Part shown: piece by piece, positions 1 through 14,184 of the stretch
Layout of the letters: the number at the start of each line of letters is the position of its first letter
Position numbering within the stretch: the first letter of the stretch is position 1
DNA from: Macrostomum hystrix
Taxonomy: Eukaryota > Animalia > Platyhelminthes
Direction of reading: 5' to 3'
NCBI GenBank assembly: GCA_950097015.1
Contig: CATNEN010000003.1
Span: 10,292,001 to 10,356,000, forward strand
DNA length: 64,000 nucleotides
Made by a program: the position numbers and the translations under genes
Notes under the pieces: generated by a model
What the model saw: only the letters and a program-made list of their open reading frames with translations
The model's database searches: none
What the model was told of the DNA's origin: nothing

Positions 1-440
1 GAGTGAGGGGAAGAAAGAGGAGTGAGGGGACGAAAGAGGAGTGAGGGGAAGAAAGAGGAGTGAGGGGAAGAAAGAGGAGTGAGGGGAAGAAAGAGGAGTG
101 AGGGGAAGAAAGAGGAGTGAGGGGAAGAAAGAGGAGTGAGGGGACGAAAGAGGAGTGAGGGGAAGAAAGAGGAGTGAGGGGAAGAAAGAGGAGTGAGGGG
201 AAGAAAGAGGAGTGAGGGGAAGAAAGAGGAGTGAGGGGAAGAAAGAGGAGTGAGGGGAAGAAAGAGGAGTGAGGGGAAGAAAGAGGAGTGAGGGGAAGAA
301 AGAGGAGTGAGGGGAAGAAAGAGGAGTGAGGGGAAGAAAGAGGAGTGAGGGGAAGAAAGAGGAGTGAGGGGAAGAAAGAGGAGTGAGGGGAAGAAAGAGG
401 AGTGAGGGGAAGAAAGAGGAGTGAGGGGAAGAAAGAGGAG
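1..440. repeat. 19-bp purine minisatellite (GAGTGAGGGGAAGAAAGAG)
   Basis: Direct tandem repeat; a related unit occurs at 4510-5035. Confidence 0.95.
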
Positions 441-989
441 AGAGTTGAAGAATTATCGTAATCCTATTGGGATTCTGTCAGACGCCAAATTGAATGATAT
501 TTTTATAGACAGCTTAAGTCAATTAATCCACATCTAAGGCGGGCTTCAACTGCAAAGAAAGGAAACGGACCATTTTTTGTCAGTAAAAATGCAACCCTTC
601 AGAGCTCCCCTTATTTGGATTGTTACACATCCAAGCGCACTTTTAACTCCCCAGAAGAAGATTCTGACTCTGGTCACGATCCCATCTTTCATCCCTTGGC
701 CTCTGGACCACCTCATCCGCCTTTGGTGGAGTCCCCCAGTCTCAAACCGATTGTAGGGAGGCCATTATATTGACTTGCGTCAATAAGGAGCCAGCCCATT
801 ATTTAATCCTGCCAGCTTCTCACCTTCAAAACGTTTTTTTTCTCTCTATAGATTCATTTTCTACCCTGGAAGCAACATTTTCTTATTTGCTCTCTGCTCT
901 ATTCATAGAGTGTGGGAATTTTTGGGAAAATAAGTTAGATTGGGTGGGTCTGTGTAAACTTTAAACCTTCCCTTTAAAATCGCAATGTT

Positions 990-1690
990 AATATTTCTCT
1001 TCTTGACATTCCCCATCCCAATCTTCCTCTTCCCAATATTCCCCATCCCAATATTCCTCTTCCCAATTTTCCCCATCCCAATCTTCCTCTTCCCAATATT
1101 CCCCATCCTAAACTTCCCCATCCCAATCTTCTTCTTCCCAATATTCCCCATCCCAATATTCCTCTTCCCAATATTCCCCATCCCAATCTTCCTCTTCCCA
1201 ATATTCCCCATCCTAAACTTCCCCATCCCAATCTTCTTCTTCCCAATATTCCCCATCCCAATCTTCCTCTTCCCAATATTCCCCATCCAAATCTTCCTCT
1301 TCCCAATATTCCCCATCCCAATCTTCCTCTTCCCAATATTCCCCATCCTAAACTTCCTCTTCCCAATATTCCCCATCCCAATCTTCCTCTTCCCAATATT
1401 CCCCATCCCAATCTTACTCTTCCCAATATTCCCCATCCCAATCTTACTCTTCCCAATATTCCCCATTCCGAATCTTCCTCTTCCAAATATTCCCCATTCC
1501 CAATCTTCCTCTTCCCAATATTCCCCATTCCCAATCTTCCTCTTCCCAATATTCCCCATTCCCAATCTTCCTCTTCCCAATATTCCCCATTCCCAATCTT
1601 CCCTTAAATAATCTTCCATTTCCGATCTTCCTCTTCCCAATATTCCCCATTCCCAATCTTCCCTTAAATAATCTTCCATTTCCGATCTCC
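990..1690. repeat. 30-31-bp pyrimidine-rich minisatellite
   Basis: TTCCCAATATTCCCCATCCCAATCTTCCTC tandem copies. Confidence 0.95.
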
Positions 1691-2029
1691 CCGTTGCCCT
1701 ACTAGGAGTTTTCCCCTTCTCATTTTCCCCTGAGTCGTGCACTTCCAAGCGGATCCCAAAAAGCGAGTTGCTTGGTTTGGTGAAATGCAAAGCTGGTTTG
1801 AATAGAATTGTTTGTTTCTAAAATAGGTCTATAAACCCAGTGCCGGCTTCTGAAATAAAAGCATGTTCAGTTAATTGTGCAGCTCAGACTATTGGATTGG
1901 ATGATGGGGCAGAATCTTGCGGATGCAATTAAAGTGACAAAAACTGAATGTCTTGTTTGGCGATAGCTTGAAAAGATAATAGGAATAAGCTAGAAAAAAT
2001 GTTTTAGGGGATTAAGAGAATAGCAAGGA

Positions 2030-3840
2030 GATTAGGAGAGTGACAATGGGATTAGGAGAGTGACAATGGGATTCGGAGAGTAACAATGGGATTAGAAGAG
2101 TGAAAATGGGATTAGGAGAGTGACAATGGGATTAGGAGAGTGACAATGGTATTATGAGAGTGACAATGAGATTAAGAGAGTGACAATGAGATTAAGAGAG
2201 TGACAATGAGATTCAGAGAGTGACAATCAAATTAGGAGAGTGACAATGGGATTCGTAGAGTGACAATGGGATTCGGAGAGTGACAGTGGGATTAGGAGAG
2301 TGACAATGGGATTCGGAGAGTGACAATGAGATTAAGAGAGTGACAATGAGATTCAGAGAGTGACAATCAAATTAGGAGAGTGACAATGGGATTCGGAGAG
2401 TGACAATGAGATTAAGAGAGTGACAATGAGATTCAGAGAGTGACAATCAAATTAGGAGAGTGACAATGGGATTCGGAGAGTGACAATGGGATTCGGAGAG
2501 TGACAGTGGGATTAGGAGAGTGACAATGGGATTAGAAGAGTGAAAATGGGATTAGGAGAGTGACAATGGGATTAGGAGAGTGACAATGGGATTAGGAGAG
2601 TGACAATGGGATTAGGAGAGTGACAATGGTATTATGAGAGTGACAATGAGATTAAGAGAGTGACAATGAGATTAGGAGAGTGACAATGAGATTAGGAGAG
2701 TGACAATCAAATTAGGAGAGTGACAATGGGATTAGGAGAGTGACAATGAGATTAGGAGAGTGACAATGAGATTAGGAGAGTGACAATCAAATTAGGAGAG
2801 TGACAATGGGATTAGGAGAGTGACAATGGGATTAGGAGAGTGACAATGGTATTAGGAGAGTGACAATGGGATTCGGAGAGTGACAATCAAATTAGGAGAG
2901 TGACAATGGGATTCGGAGAGTGACAATGGGATTAGCGGAGTGACAATGGGATTCGGAGAGTGACAATGGGATTCGGAGAGTGACAATGAGATTCAGAGAG
3001 TGACAATCAAATTAGGAGAGTGACAATGGGATTCGGAGAGTGACAATGGGATTCGGAGAGTGACAGTGGGATTAGGAGAGTGACAATGGGATTCGGAGAG
3101 TGACAATGAGATTAAGAGAGTGACAATGAGATTCAGAGAGTGACAATCAAATTAGGAGAGTGACAATGGGATTCGGAGAGTGACAATGGGATTCGGAGAG
3201 TGACAGTGGGATTAGGAGAGTGACAATGGGATTAGAAGAGTGAAAATGGGATTAGGAGAGTGACAATGGGATTAGGAGAGTGACAATGGGATTAGGAGAG
3301 TGACAATGGGATTAGGAGAGTGACAATGGTATTATGAGAGTGACAATGAGATTAAGAGAGTGACAATGAGATTAGGAGAGTGACAATGAGATTAGGAGAG
3401 TGACAATCAAATTAGGAGAGTGACAATGGGATTAGGAGAGTGACAATGAGATTAGGAGAGTGACAATGAGATTAGGAGAGTGACAATCAAATTAGGAGAG
3501 TGACAATGGGATTAGGAGAGTGACAATGGGATTAGGAGAGTGACAATGGGATTCGGAGAGTGACAATCAAATTAGGAGAGTGACAATGGGATTCGGAGAG
3601 TGACAATGGGATTAGCGGAGTGACAATGGGATTCGGAGAGTGACAATGGGATTCGGAGAGTGACAATGAGATTAGGAGAGTGACAATCAAATTAGGAGAG
3701 TGACAATGGGATTAGAATATGAGAATATGAGGAGAGGAGAGAGAGTGAAAATGAGATTGAGAGAGTGACAATGAGATTAGGAGAGTGACAATGAGATTAG
3801 GAGAGTTAAAATGTGATTATAGGGATAACAATGAGATTAT
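2030..3840. repeat. 20-bp minisatellite (ATTAGGAGAGTGACAATGGG)
   Basis: About 90 units, with a roughly 700-bp higher-order duplication. Confidence 0.95.
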
Positions 3841-4509
3841 GAGGATTTAAAACTCTTATGACAGCTACGTAAAAGTTCTGATAAGAAATAAGAGATTTTA
3901 AGAACAATAAGGTTTATAGGGATTAGATGCATGAAATATCTAATAATTTTTCCCACTTATCTAAGCCTAAGAAATGGCTTTGGGAATTTTCTACCAAATT
4001 GCAAAACACATGCCGACAAAAATCGATTTCATTGGCAATTCTCATCCATGTCGCATGTCGAATTTTTCGCGGAGACAAAATGTTTTCCGGCTGATGCAGC
4101 TCAACTCTGCTGCTAAGGATGGATTTGAATGAGTTGAATTGCATGCAGCTATTTGGGCCTGTGGGTCTTGAATATTTGTTGCTAATCTTTCTTGCCTAGA
4201 AATTTTCTCAACTCGTAGAAAAGTGCATTGAAACCAAGAATTTCGAACAAAATTTTACTTTAGTTATTGGTAGAATGATAATTTTTAGGTATTTTCAAAC
4301 TTCTTTTATATTCTAAATATAATTTTTTTAAGAAAAATTAAGGTGCGAGTGTTGTTACTTCAAGTAGAAATATATTTACTTTCGCCAAATTACACTTGTA
4401 AATACAACTGTAAGAAATGTCAGAACTGTCTTGTAAATACCACATGATAAGAGACAGAACGAAAGAAAAACAAGCAGGGAAGAGAGAGTTCTTGAAAGAC
4501 AGCGGAGCA

Positions 4510-5035
4510 ATGAGGATTGAGAGGAAGAAAGAGGGGAGAGGGGAAGAAAGAGGAGAGAGGGGAAGAAAGAGGAGAGAGGGGAAGAAAGAGGAGAGGGGAA
4601 GAAATATAAATAGAGGGGAAGAAAGATAATAGAGGGGATGAAAGATGATAGAGGGGATGAAAAATGATAGAGGGGATGAAAGAGGATAGAGGGGAAGAAA
4701 GAAAAGAGGGGAAGAAAGAGAAAAGAGGGGGAGAAGAGGAGAGAGGAGAAGAAAGAGGAGAGAGGAGAAGAAAGAGGAGAGAGGAGAAGAAAGAGGAGAG
4801 AGGAGAAGAAAGAGGAGAGAGGAGAAGAGAGAGGAGAGAGGAGAAGAAAGAGGAGAGAGGAGAAGAAAGAGGAGAGAGGAGAAGAGAGAGGAGAGAGGAG
4901 AAGAAAGAGGAGAGAGGAGAAGAAAGAGGAGAGAGGAGAAGAAAGAGGAGAGAGGAGAAGAAAGAGGAGAGAGGAGAAGAAAGAGGAGAGAGGAGAAGAA
5001 AGAGGAGAGAGGAGAAGAAAGAGGAGAGAGGGAAA
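4510..5035. repeat. 19-bp purine minisatellite
   Basis: GGAGAGAGGAGAAGAAAGA tandem copies. Confidence 0.93.
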
Positions 5036-5088
5036 GAAGCAGGCAGGCATAAGGGATAAAATTTCATCCGTACAAAAACAAGTTTCAG

Positions 5089-5247
5089 AGTGGGCCAGAG
5101 TTGATGCAGTGAAACTCAACCCTGGTTGTGTCCCCAGTCAGAGCAGTGTCAATCAAGGCCGAAGTGGATTTTCCTCACGCTACGTTTCACGTGTTTTTAA
5201 AACCATCTCTCATCTTGAAGCAAATATTCTCATTAATTTAACGACGG
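5089..5247 (+). CDS. Possible upstream exon of the neuregulin-like gene (tentative)
   Basis: tttcAG acceptor, 159-nt open frame (WARVDAVKLNPGC...RYVSRVFK...NLTT), G|GTAATA donor; phase 1-1 is compatible with the Ig exon. No firm homology recognised. Confidence 0.25.
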
Positions 5248-5356
5248 GTAATATGCCAGTATTATATAGCCATGCATTCCGCCAGCAGCCATGCTCAATA
5301 AGCCAATATGTTGTCATGTGGATGATGATTTGCAAAGAAACGTTCCTGTCTAGATG

Positions 5357-5885
5357 CGACTGTCTAACAGGTAGATGCAACTGTCTAACAGGTAGATGAA
5401 ACTGTCTAACAGGTAGATGCAACTGTCTAACAGGTATATGAAACTGTCTAACAGGTAGATGCAACTGTCTAACAGGTATATGAAACTGTCTAACTGGTAG
5501 ATGAAACTGTCTAACTGGTAGATGAAACTGTCTAACTGGTAGATGCAACTGTCTAACAGGTAGATGCAACTGTCTAACAGGTAGATGCAACTGTCTAACA
5601 GGTAGATGCAACTGTCTAACAGGTAGATGCAACTGTCTAACAGGTAGATGCAACTGTCTAACAGGTAGATGAAACTGTCTAAAAGGTAGATGCAACTGTC
5701 TAACAGGTAGATGCAACTGTCTAACAGGTAGATGCAACTGTCTAACAGGTAGATGCAACTGTCTAACAGGTAGATGAAACTGTCTAACAGGTGGATGAAA
5801 CTGTCTAACAGGTGGATGAAACTGTCTAACAGGTAGATGCAACTGTCTAACAGGTAGATGCAACTGTCTAACAGGTGGATGCATT
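5357..5885. repeat. 21-bp minisatellite (AACTGTCTAACAGGTAGATGC)
   Basis: Direct tandem repeat. Confidence 0.95.
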
Positions 5886-6549
5886 TCTAGTCTAGTCTAG
5901 CACGCGAACAAGCTTGTCCAGCGAGACCACCTCTCTAATAATCACCTGGGTCACCATTGATTAGCTAGTCTAGATAAAAATATCGTCAAGCCATTCTGCC
6001 CCGCCCACAATTTCAACGTAAAATCCTTAGCAACTTTCCAACACAATTCCTACTTGATTGGGTAGAGTTAAATACCCTATTCGAGTGTAGTCTCTGAACC
6101 TATACTCTACATTGTCTGTGTGTTTTTTTCTCCCTTCTCTAGACCCCAGTAAATCCTCTGAAACCTCACCCAACACTAGACGAACTACTCATTCCCCACA
6201 ACAAAAAACCTCGAAAGATTAACAATATTCAGCATGTAGAAGCTACAATATTAAGCATAAGTAATGGGAAAAGTGTCCAAAGAATGACGAGAGGCTCAGG
6301 GAAAGGCAATGAGCCTTACTTTTAGAAGCAGCATCGACTCAAAATGAAGAAAAGAAGCTAGTTTGCGTCGCTATGCTCCACTTTATCACGTTTTTATGAG
6401 CAAACGAAAAAAAACTGCATAACTTCTTGATCACTAACCGGCGACCGTGGTGTCGCCATGGAAGCGGCTAATTATACTAAATTTGAAGGTGAGATAAAAA
6501 TATTTCGATTGGCTAAACTAAAGGACACATATTTATGATTGACTTAAAG

Positions 6550-8428
6550 TCTGTGTTTTAGGAATATACTCTCGTACTCAAAACCTGTGTTTTAGGAATC
6601 GACTCAAAGCCTGTGTTTTAGGAATATACTCAAAGCCTGTGTTTTAGGAATATACTCAAAGCCCGTGTTTTAGGAATATACTCAAAGCCCGTGTTTTAGG
6701 AATATACTCAAAGCCCGTGTTTTAGGAATATACTCAAAGCCTGTGTTTTAGGAATATACTCAAAGCCCGATTTTTAGGAATATACTCAAAGCCCGTGTTT
6801 TAGGAATAGACTCAAAGCCTGTGTTTTAGGAATATACTCAAAGCCTGTGTTTTAGGAATATACTCAAAGCCTGTGTTTTAGGAATATACTCAAAGCCCGT
6901 GTTTTAGGAATAGACTCAAAGCCTGTGTTTTAGGAATAGACTCAAGGCCCGTTTTCTTGGAATATACTCAAAGCCTGTGTTTTAGGAATATACTCAAAGC
7001 CTGTGTTTTAGGAATAGACTCAAAGCCTGTGTTTTAGGAATAGACTCAATGCCTGTGTTTTAGGAATAGACTCAAAGCCCGTGTTCTAGGAATATACTCA
7101 AAACCCGTGTTTTAGGAATATACTCAAAGCCCGTGTTCTAGGAATATACTAAAAGCCCGTGTTTTAGGAATATACTCAAAGCCCGTGTTCTAGGAATATA
7201 CTCAAAGCCCGTGTTTTAGGAATCGACTCAAAGCCCGTGTTTTAGGAATATACTCAAAGCCTGTGTTTTAGGAATCGACTCAAAGCCCGTGTTTTAGGAA
7301 TCGACTCAAAGCCCGTGTTTTAGGAATATACTCAAAGCTAGTGTTTTAGGAATATACTCAAAGCTAGAGTTTTAGGAATATACTCAAAGCCTGTGTTTTA
7401 GGAATATACTCAAAGCCTGTGTTTTAGGAATATACTCAAAGCCTGTGTTTTAGGAATAGACTCAATGCCTGTGTTTTAGGAATAGACTCAAAGCCCGTGT
7501 TCTAGGAATATACTCAAAACCCGTGTTTTAGGAATATACTCAAAGCCCGTGTTTTAGGAATATACTCAAAGCTAGTGTTTTAGGAATATACTCAAAGCTA
7601 GTGTTTTAGGAATATACTCAAAACCTGTGTTTTAGGAATATACTCAAAACCTGTGTTTTAGGAATATACTCAAAGCTAGTGTTTTAGGAATATACTCAAA
7701 GCTAGTGTTTTAGGAATATACTCAAAGCTAGTGTTTTAGGAATATACTCAAAACCTGTGTTTTAGGAATATACTCAAAACCTGTGTTTTAGGAATATACT
7801 CAAAGCCTGTGTTTTAGGAATATACTCAAAGCCTGTGTTTTAGGAATATACTCAAAGCCTGTGTTTTAGGAATAGACTCAATGCCTGTGCTTTAGGAATA
7901 GACTCAAAGCCCGTGTTCTAGGAATATACTCAAAACCCGTGTTTTAGGAATATACTCAAAGCCCGTGTTTTAGGAATATACTCAAAGCTAGTGTTTTAGG
8001 AATATACTCAAAGCTAGTGTTTTAGGAATATACTCAAAAGTAGTGTTTTAGGAATATACTCAAAGCCTGTGTTTTAGGAATCGACTCAAAGCCTGTGTTT
8101 TAGGAATCGACTCAAAGCCTGTGTTTTAGGAATATACTCAAAACCTGTGTTTTAGGAATATACTCAAAGCCCGTGTTTTAGGAATATACTCAAAGCCAGT
8201 TTTCTTGGAATATACTGAAAGCTAGTGTTTTAGGAACATACTCAAGGCTAGTGTTTTAGGAATATACTCAAAGCTAGTGTTTTAGGAATATACTCAAAGC
8301 TAGTGTTTTAGGAACATACTCAAGGCTAGTGTTTTAGGAATATACTCAAAGCTAGTGTTTTAGGAATATACTCAAAGCTAGTGTTTTAGGAATATACTCA
8401 AAGCCCGTGTTTTAGGAATATACTGAAA
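6550..8428. repeat. 26-bp minisatellite (CTGTGTTTTAGGAATATACTCAAAGC)
   Basis: Direct tandem repeat. Confidence 0.95.
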
Positions 8429-8752
8429 GATGATTTTTGAAAGTTTGATAGATAGTGTAAAGATGCAGTTAATTTCAGTCCCAACTATCCCTGTCTTCTC
8501 TCCTTCAATCGTTCTCTAATGTTTCATTGGCTCAATCCAGAATCCCAGCCCAGCTTCATCATGAATTGCCACAGCAACTTTATAAAGTCCGTCCAATCAC
8601 AGTTGAGCAATCATTTTCATCCTATTAATTCGCTAACAAACTTCAATATTAAGTTTGGAACAAGCACATCTTTAAAGGTATTAAATATGGATTGAAAAAA
8701 GTCGATTCTATAGTTTAGAATAAAAAAAATAGACTAGCAAATTATATTAACA

Positions 8753-8876
8753 ATGCTAGTGCAAACTGGGACTAGCGAAGATCAAGACCATTTGTCTGTC
8801 ACCGCGACTGGGCTGCAAGTTAATAGAGCACCTTCTGATAGTCAGTTTGTGCATATCTTTTGGAGTCTGTTTCAAG
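8753..8876 (+). CDS. Possible upstream or first coding exon of the neuregulin-like gene (tentative)
   Basis: ATG 8753, open frame MLVQTGTSEDQDH...FVHIFWSLFQ, AAG|GTAACC donor in phase 1 matching the phase-1 acceptor at 11991. No homology recognised. Confidence 0.3.
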
Positions 8877-8902
8877 GTAACCGCAACTTGTACCTACCAT
8901 TT

Positions 8903-11640
8903 ACACCTTAATGATTGTTCAGTGAGTCATTCATTCACACCATAATGATTGTTCAGTGAGTCATTCATTCACACCTTACTGATTGTTCAGTGAGTCATTC
9001 ATTCACTCCTTACTGATTGTTCAGTGAGTCATTCTCACCTTACTGATTGTTCAGTGAGTCATTCACACCTTACTGATGGTTCAGTGAGTCATTCACACCT
9101 TACTGATTGTTCAGTGAGTCATTCACACCTTACTGATTGTTCAGTGAGTCATTCACACCTTACTGATTGTTCAGTGAGTCATTCACACCTTACTGATTGT
9201 TCAGTGAGTCATTCACACCTTACTGATTGTTCAGTGAGTCATTCACACCTTACTGATCTGATTGTTCAGTGAGTCATTCACACCTTAATGATTGTTCAGT
9301 GAGTCATTCACACCTTACTGATTGTTCAGTGAGTCATTCACACCTTACTGATTGTTGCAGTGAGTCATTCACACCTTACTGATTGTTCAGTGAGTCATTC
9401 ACACCTTACTGATTGTTCAGTGAGTCATTCACACCTTACTGATTGTTGCAGTGAGTCATTCACACCTTACTGATCTGATTGTTCAGTGAGTCATTCACAC
9501 CTTAATGATTGTTCAGTGAGTCATTCACACCTTACTGATTGTTCAGTGAGTCATTCACACCTTACTGATTGTTGCAGTGAGTCATTCACACCTTACTGAT
9601 TGTTGCAGTGAGTCATTCACACCTTACTGATTGTTCAGTGAGTCATTCACACCTTACTGATTGTTCAGTGAGTCATTCACACCTTAATGATTGTTCAGTG
9701 AGTCATTCACACCTTACTGATCTGATTGTTCAGTGAGTCATTCACACCTTAATGATTGTTCAGTGAGTCATTCACACCTTACTGATTGTTCAGTGAGTCA
9801 TTCACACCTTACTGATTGTTCAGTGAGTCATTCACACCTTACTGATTGTTCAGTGAGTCATTCACACCTTAATGATTGTTCAGTGAGTCATTCACACCTT
9901 ACTGATTGTTCAGTGAGTCATTCACACCTTACTGATTGTTCAGTGAGTCATTCACACCTTACTGATTGTTCAGTGAGTCATTCACACCTTAATGATTGTT
10001 CAGTGAGTCATTCACACCTTACTGATTGTTCAGTGAGTCATTCACACCTTACTGATTGTTCAGTGAGTCATTCACACCTTACTGATTGTTCAGTGAGTCA
10101 TTCACACCTTACTGATTGTTGCAGTGAGTCATTCACACCTTACTGATCTGATTGTTCAGTGAGTCATTCACACCTTAATGATTGTTCAGTGAGTCATTCA
10201 CACCTTACTGATTGTTCAGTGAGTCATTCACACCTTACTGATTGTTGCAGTGAGTCATTCACACCTTACTGATTGTTCAGTGAGTCATTCACACCTTAAT
10301 GATTGTTCAGTGAGTCATTCACACCTTACTGATCTGATTGTTCAGTGAGTCATTCACACCTTAATGATTGTTCAGTGAGTCATTCACACCTTACTGATTG
10401 TTCAGTGAGTCATTCACACCTTACTGATTGTTCAGTGAGTCATTCACACCTTACTGATTGTTCAGTGAGTCATTCACACCTTAATGATTGTTCAGTGAGT
10501 CATTCACACCTTACTGATTGTTCAGTGAGTCATTCACACCTTACTGATTGTTCAGTGAGTCATTCACACCTTACTGATTGTTCAGTGAGTCATTCACACC
10601 TTAATGATTGTTCAGTGAGTCATTCACACCTTACTGATTGTTCAGTGAGTCATTCACACCTTACTGATTGTTCAGTGAGTCATTCACACCTTTCTGATCT
10701 GATTATTCAGTGAGTCATTCACACCTTTCTGATTGTTCAGTGAGTCATTCACACCTTACTGATTGTTCAGTGAGTCATTCACACCTTACTGATTGTTCAG
10801 TGAGTCATTCACACCTTACTGATTGTTGCAGTGAGTCATTCACACCTTACTGATCTGATTGTTCAGTGAGTCATTCACACCTTAATGATTGTTCAGTGAG
10901 TCATTCACACCTTACTGATTGTTCAGTGAGTCATTCACACCTTACTGATTGTTCAGTGAGTCATTCACACCTTACTGATTGTTCAGTGAGTCATTCACAC
11001 CTTACTGATTGTTCAGTGAGTCATTCACACCTTAATGATTGTTCAGTGAGTCATTCACACCTTACTGATTGTTCAGTGAGTCATTCACACCTTACTGATT
11101 GTTCAGTGAGTCATTCACACCTTTCTGATCTGATTATTCAGTGAGTCATTCACACCTTACTGATTGTTCAGTGAGTCATTCACACCTTACTGATTGTTCA
11201 GTGAGTCATTCACACCTTACTGATTGTTCAGTGAGTCATTCACACCTTACTGATTGTTCAGTGAGTCATTCACACCTTACTGATTGTTCAGTGAGTCATT
11301 CACACCTTACTGATTGTTCAGTGAGTCATTCACACCTTACTGATTGTTCAGTGAGTCATTCACACCTTACTGATTGTTCAGTGAGTCATTCACACCTTAA
11401 TGATTGTTCAGTGAGTCATTCACACCTTACTGATTGTTCAGTGAGTCATTCACACCTTACTGATTGTTCAGTGAGTCATTCACACCTTTCTGATCTGATT
11501 ATTCAGTGAGTCATTCACACCTTACTGATTGTTCAGTGAGTCATTCACACCTTACTGATTGTTCAGTGAGTCATTCACACCTTACTGATTGTTCAGTGAG
11601 TCATTCACACCTTTCTGATCTGATTGTTCAGTGAGTCAAT
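8903..11640. repeat. 30-bp minisatellite (TCAGTGAGTCATTCACACCTTACTGATTGT)
   Basis: About 90 highly homogeneous units. Confidence 0.95.
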
Positions 11641-11990
11641 CTAGCTCTAGTCATTGTTTAGTAACTAAGTCTTGTTCTTTCAAGAACTTTTTTTCCGTAA
11701 AAGCCTGCCCGGAAGTTAAAAAATGAAGGAAATGGCTTTTTAAGTAAAAATACTGTCTTCATTTAATTTGATGACGAAAAAAATTGTAGTGTAATTTTTA
11801 AGAACAAAACGACATTTTTCGTGATAATCAAGAAAGATTATCACAAACTCATGCTTGGGGGCAAAGATGGTGACACTATGCTCATTTCTTTAATTTCGTT
11901 GTCCTCTTTTTGTGCCGTATATTTTCACAAATGAAAATAGGATTTATACGAAATACTGATCAATGGATCAATGGAACTCCATTCTCACAG

Positions 11991-12180
11991 CCTCGGAGCC
12001 GGAGGTAGTGTACCCCGAGCGAAACAATATTGAAATCAGCGAGGGCAAGACACTGATTGTCAAGTGTCGAGCCAAAGGCAAGCCGAATCCGAAGATTGTT
12101 TGGATTAAAAATCAACGACATCTGGTGCTGGGAAACAATGTCAACGTGCAAAAGGAGGAGGTCAACAGTGCCGGAAATCA
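11991..12180 (+). CDS. nrg: Neuregulin-like ligand, Ig I-set domain exon (first half)
   Basis: ctcacAG acceptor; SEPEVVYP...EGKTLIVKCRAKGKPNPKIVWIKN (Ig C...P-x-P...W motif); CA|GTGAGT donor, phase 2. Confidence 0.9.
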
Positions 12181-12184
12181 GTGA

Positions 12185-13640
12185 GTTTCATAAAATGATC
12201 ATAAAACAGTCATTTTAAACAGTCATTCCCTGAATCCATTCATAGAATCGGTCATTTTAAACAGTCATTCCCTGAATCCATTCATAGAATCGGTCATTTT
12301 AAACAGTCATTCCCTGAATCCATTCATAGAATCGGTCATTTTAAACAGTCTTTCTCTCAATCCGGTCATGAAAACGGTCATTTTTAACAGACTCTTCTTG
12401 AAACCTCTCATAAAAACGGTCATTTCAAAGAAGTCACAAAGTCACAATTTCAAAGTCATAGAAACGGTCATTTTTAACAGTCACTCCCTCAATCCGGTCA
12501 TAGAAACGGTCATTTTTAACAGTCACTCCCTCAATCCGGTCATAGAAACGGTCATTATAAAGAGTCACTTCTTCCTTTCAGTCATAGAAACGGTCATTTA
12601 AAACAGTCACTTCTTCATTTTGGCCTAAGAAACAGTCATTTTATGCAGTCAATACCTCAATCCTTTCATAGAAACGGTCATTATAAACATTTATTTCCTC
12701 AATCAGGTCATAGAAGTGATCATCTTAAAAATTCAAAAACCTAAATCTTGCAATAGAAACGGTCATTTTAAACAGTCATTGCCTCAATACTTTCATAAAA
12801 ACGGTCATTATGAACAGTCACTTCCTTATTTTAGTCTATAAGAAACGTTCATTTTATGCAGTAAAAAAATGACATATTCCTGTCATAGAAACTGTCTTTA
12901 AACAGTCGATCCTCGATCCGATCATTTCTAACAGTCACTCCCTCAATCCGGTCATAGAAACGGTCATTTTTAACAGTCATTCCCTCAATCCAGTCATAGA
13001 AACGGTCATTTTTAACAGTCATTCCCTCAATCCGGTCATAGAAACGGTCATTTTAAACAGTCATTGCCTCAATACTTTCATAAAAACGGTCATTATGAAC
13101 AGTCACTTCCTTATTTTAGTCTATAAGAAACGTTCATTTTATGCAGTAAAAAAAATGACATATTCCTGTCATAGAAACTGTCTTTAAACAGTCGATCCTC
13201 GATCCGATCATTTCTAACAGTCACTCCCTCAATCCGGTCATAGAAACGGTCATTTTTAACAGTCATTCCCTCAATCCAGTCATAAAAACGGTCATTTTTA
13301 ACAGTCATTCCCTGAATCCATTCATAGAATCGGTCATTTTTAACAGTCATTCCCTCAATCCGGTCATAGAAACGGTCATTTTTGACAGTCATTCCCTCAA
13401 TCCGGTCATAGAAACGGTCATTTTTGACAGTCATTCCCTCAATCCGGTCATAGAAACGGTCATTTTTAACAGTCATTCCCTCAATCCGGTCATAGAAACG
13501 GTCTTTTTTGACAGTCATTCCCTCAATCCGGTCATAGAAACGGTCATTTTTAACAGTCATTCCCTCAATCCGGTCATAGAAACGGTCATTTTTGACAGTC
13601 ATTCCCTCAATCCGGTCATAGAAACGGTCATTTAAAACAG
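12185..13640. repeat. 42-bp minisatellite filling the intron that splits the Ig domain
   Basis: AACAGTCATTCCCTCAATCCGGTCATAGAAACGGTCATTTTT units. Confidence 0.9.
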
Positions 13641-13676
13641 TGATTTTGCCTCAATCCTACAATTGCAAATTTTCAG

Positions 13677-13789
13677 ACAGCTTGTATCAACGCTACAGAT
13701 CTCTCGGATCTCACTGAAGGACGCGGGAAATTATACTTGCAAAGCTGAGAACAATCACGGCTCAATACAGAAATGGGTCTACGTGGCAG
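13677..13789 (+). CDS. nrg: Neuregulin-like ligand, Ig I-set domain exon (second half)
   Basis: tttcAG acceptor, phase 2 fits; QLVSTLQISRISLKDAGNYTCKAENNHGSIQKWVYVA (DxGxYxC motif); G|GTAATG donor. Confidence 0.92.
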
Positions 13790-14184
13790 GTAATGACAGG
13801 TTCTGCCGTGTCTCTACAGTTGCAACTGGATCCCGTTGAGTCAAATTGGGATCTTTTTGAGTCCAGTCTGTGTGGAAAAAATCGATATTTTTATGAATAG
13901 AGGGGGATCATTATCTTGTCTCTATATTTATCGACTTATTTATTGAATAAGCAACTTCACGGCTTAAAAGTTCATTCTATTGACGATTATAACATTTGGC
14001 GATGATTTATAGCTGTCGAGATTGAGGAGTGAATAGTGGGATGGGAGTTTCATACCATAATAATAATAGAGGGCATGATTTATTAAAGTTTAAGTGATAA
14101 TCGTGACTTTGAGCTTCGCTTAGGGCGAACGATAGATAAAACTTAGTTGGATTTTGGATGGAACATTAGGTCAGAAGTTAATAG

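Noticed and set aside
903-1790. GMGNIGKRKI repeat protein
   Set aside because: Translation of the 30-bp minisatellite, open in several frames on both strands.
8903-11640. CRISPR-like array or His/Cys-rich repeat protein
   Set aside because: Head-to-tail identical units with no unique spacers, no cas genes and a eukaryotic context; frames are broken by indels.
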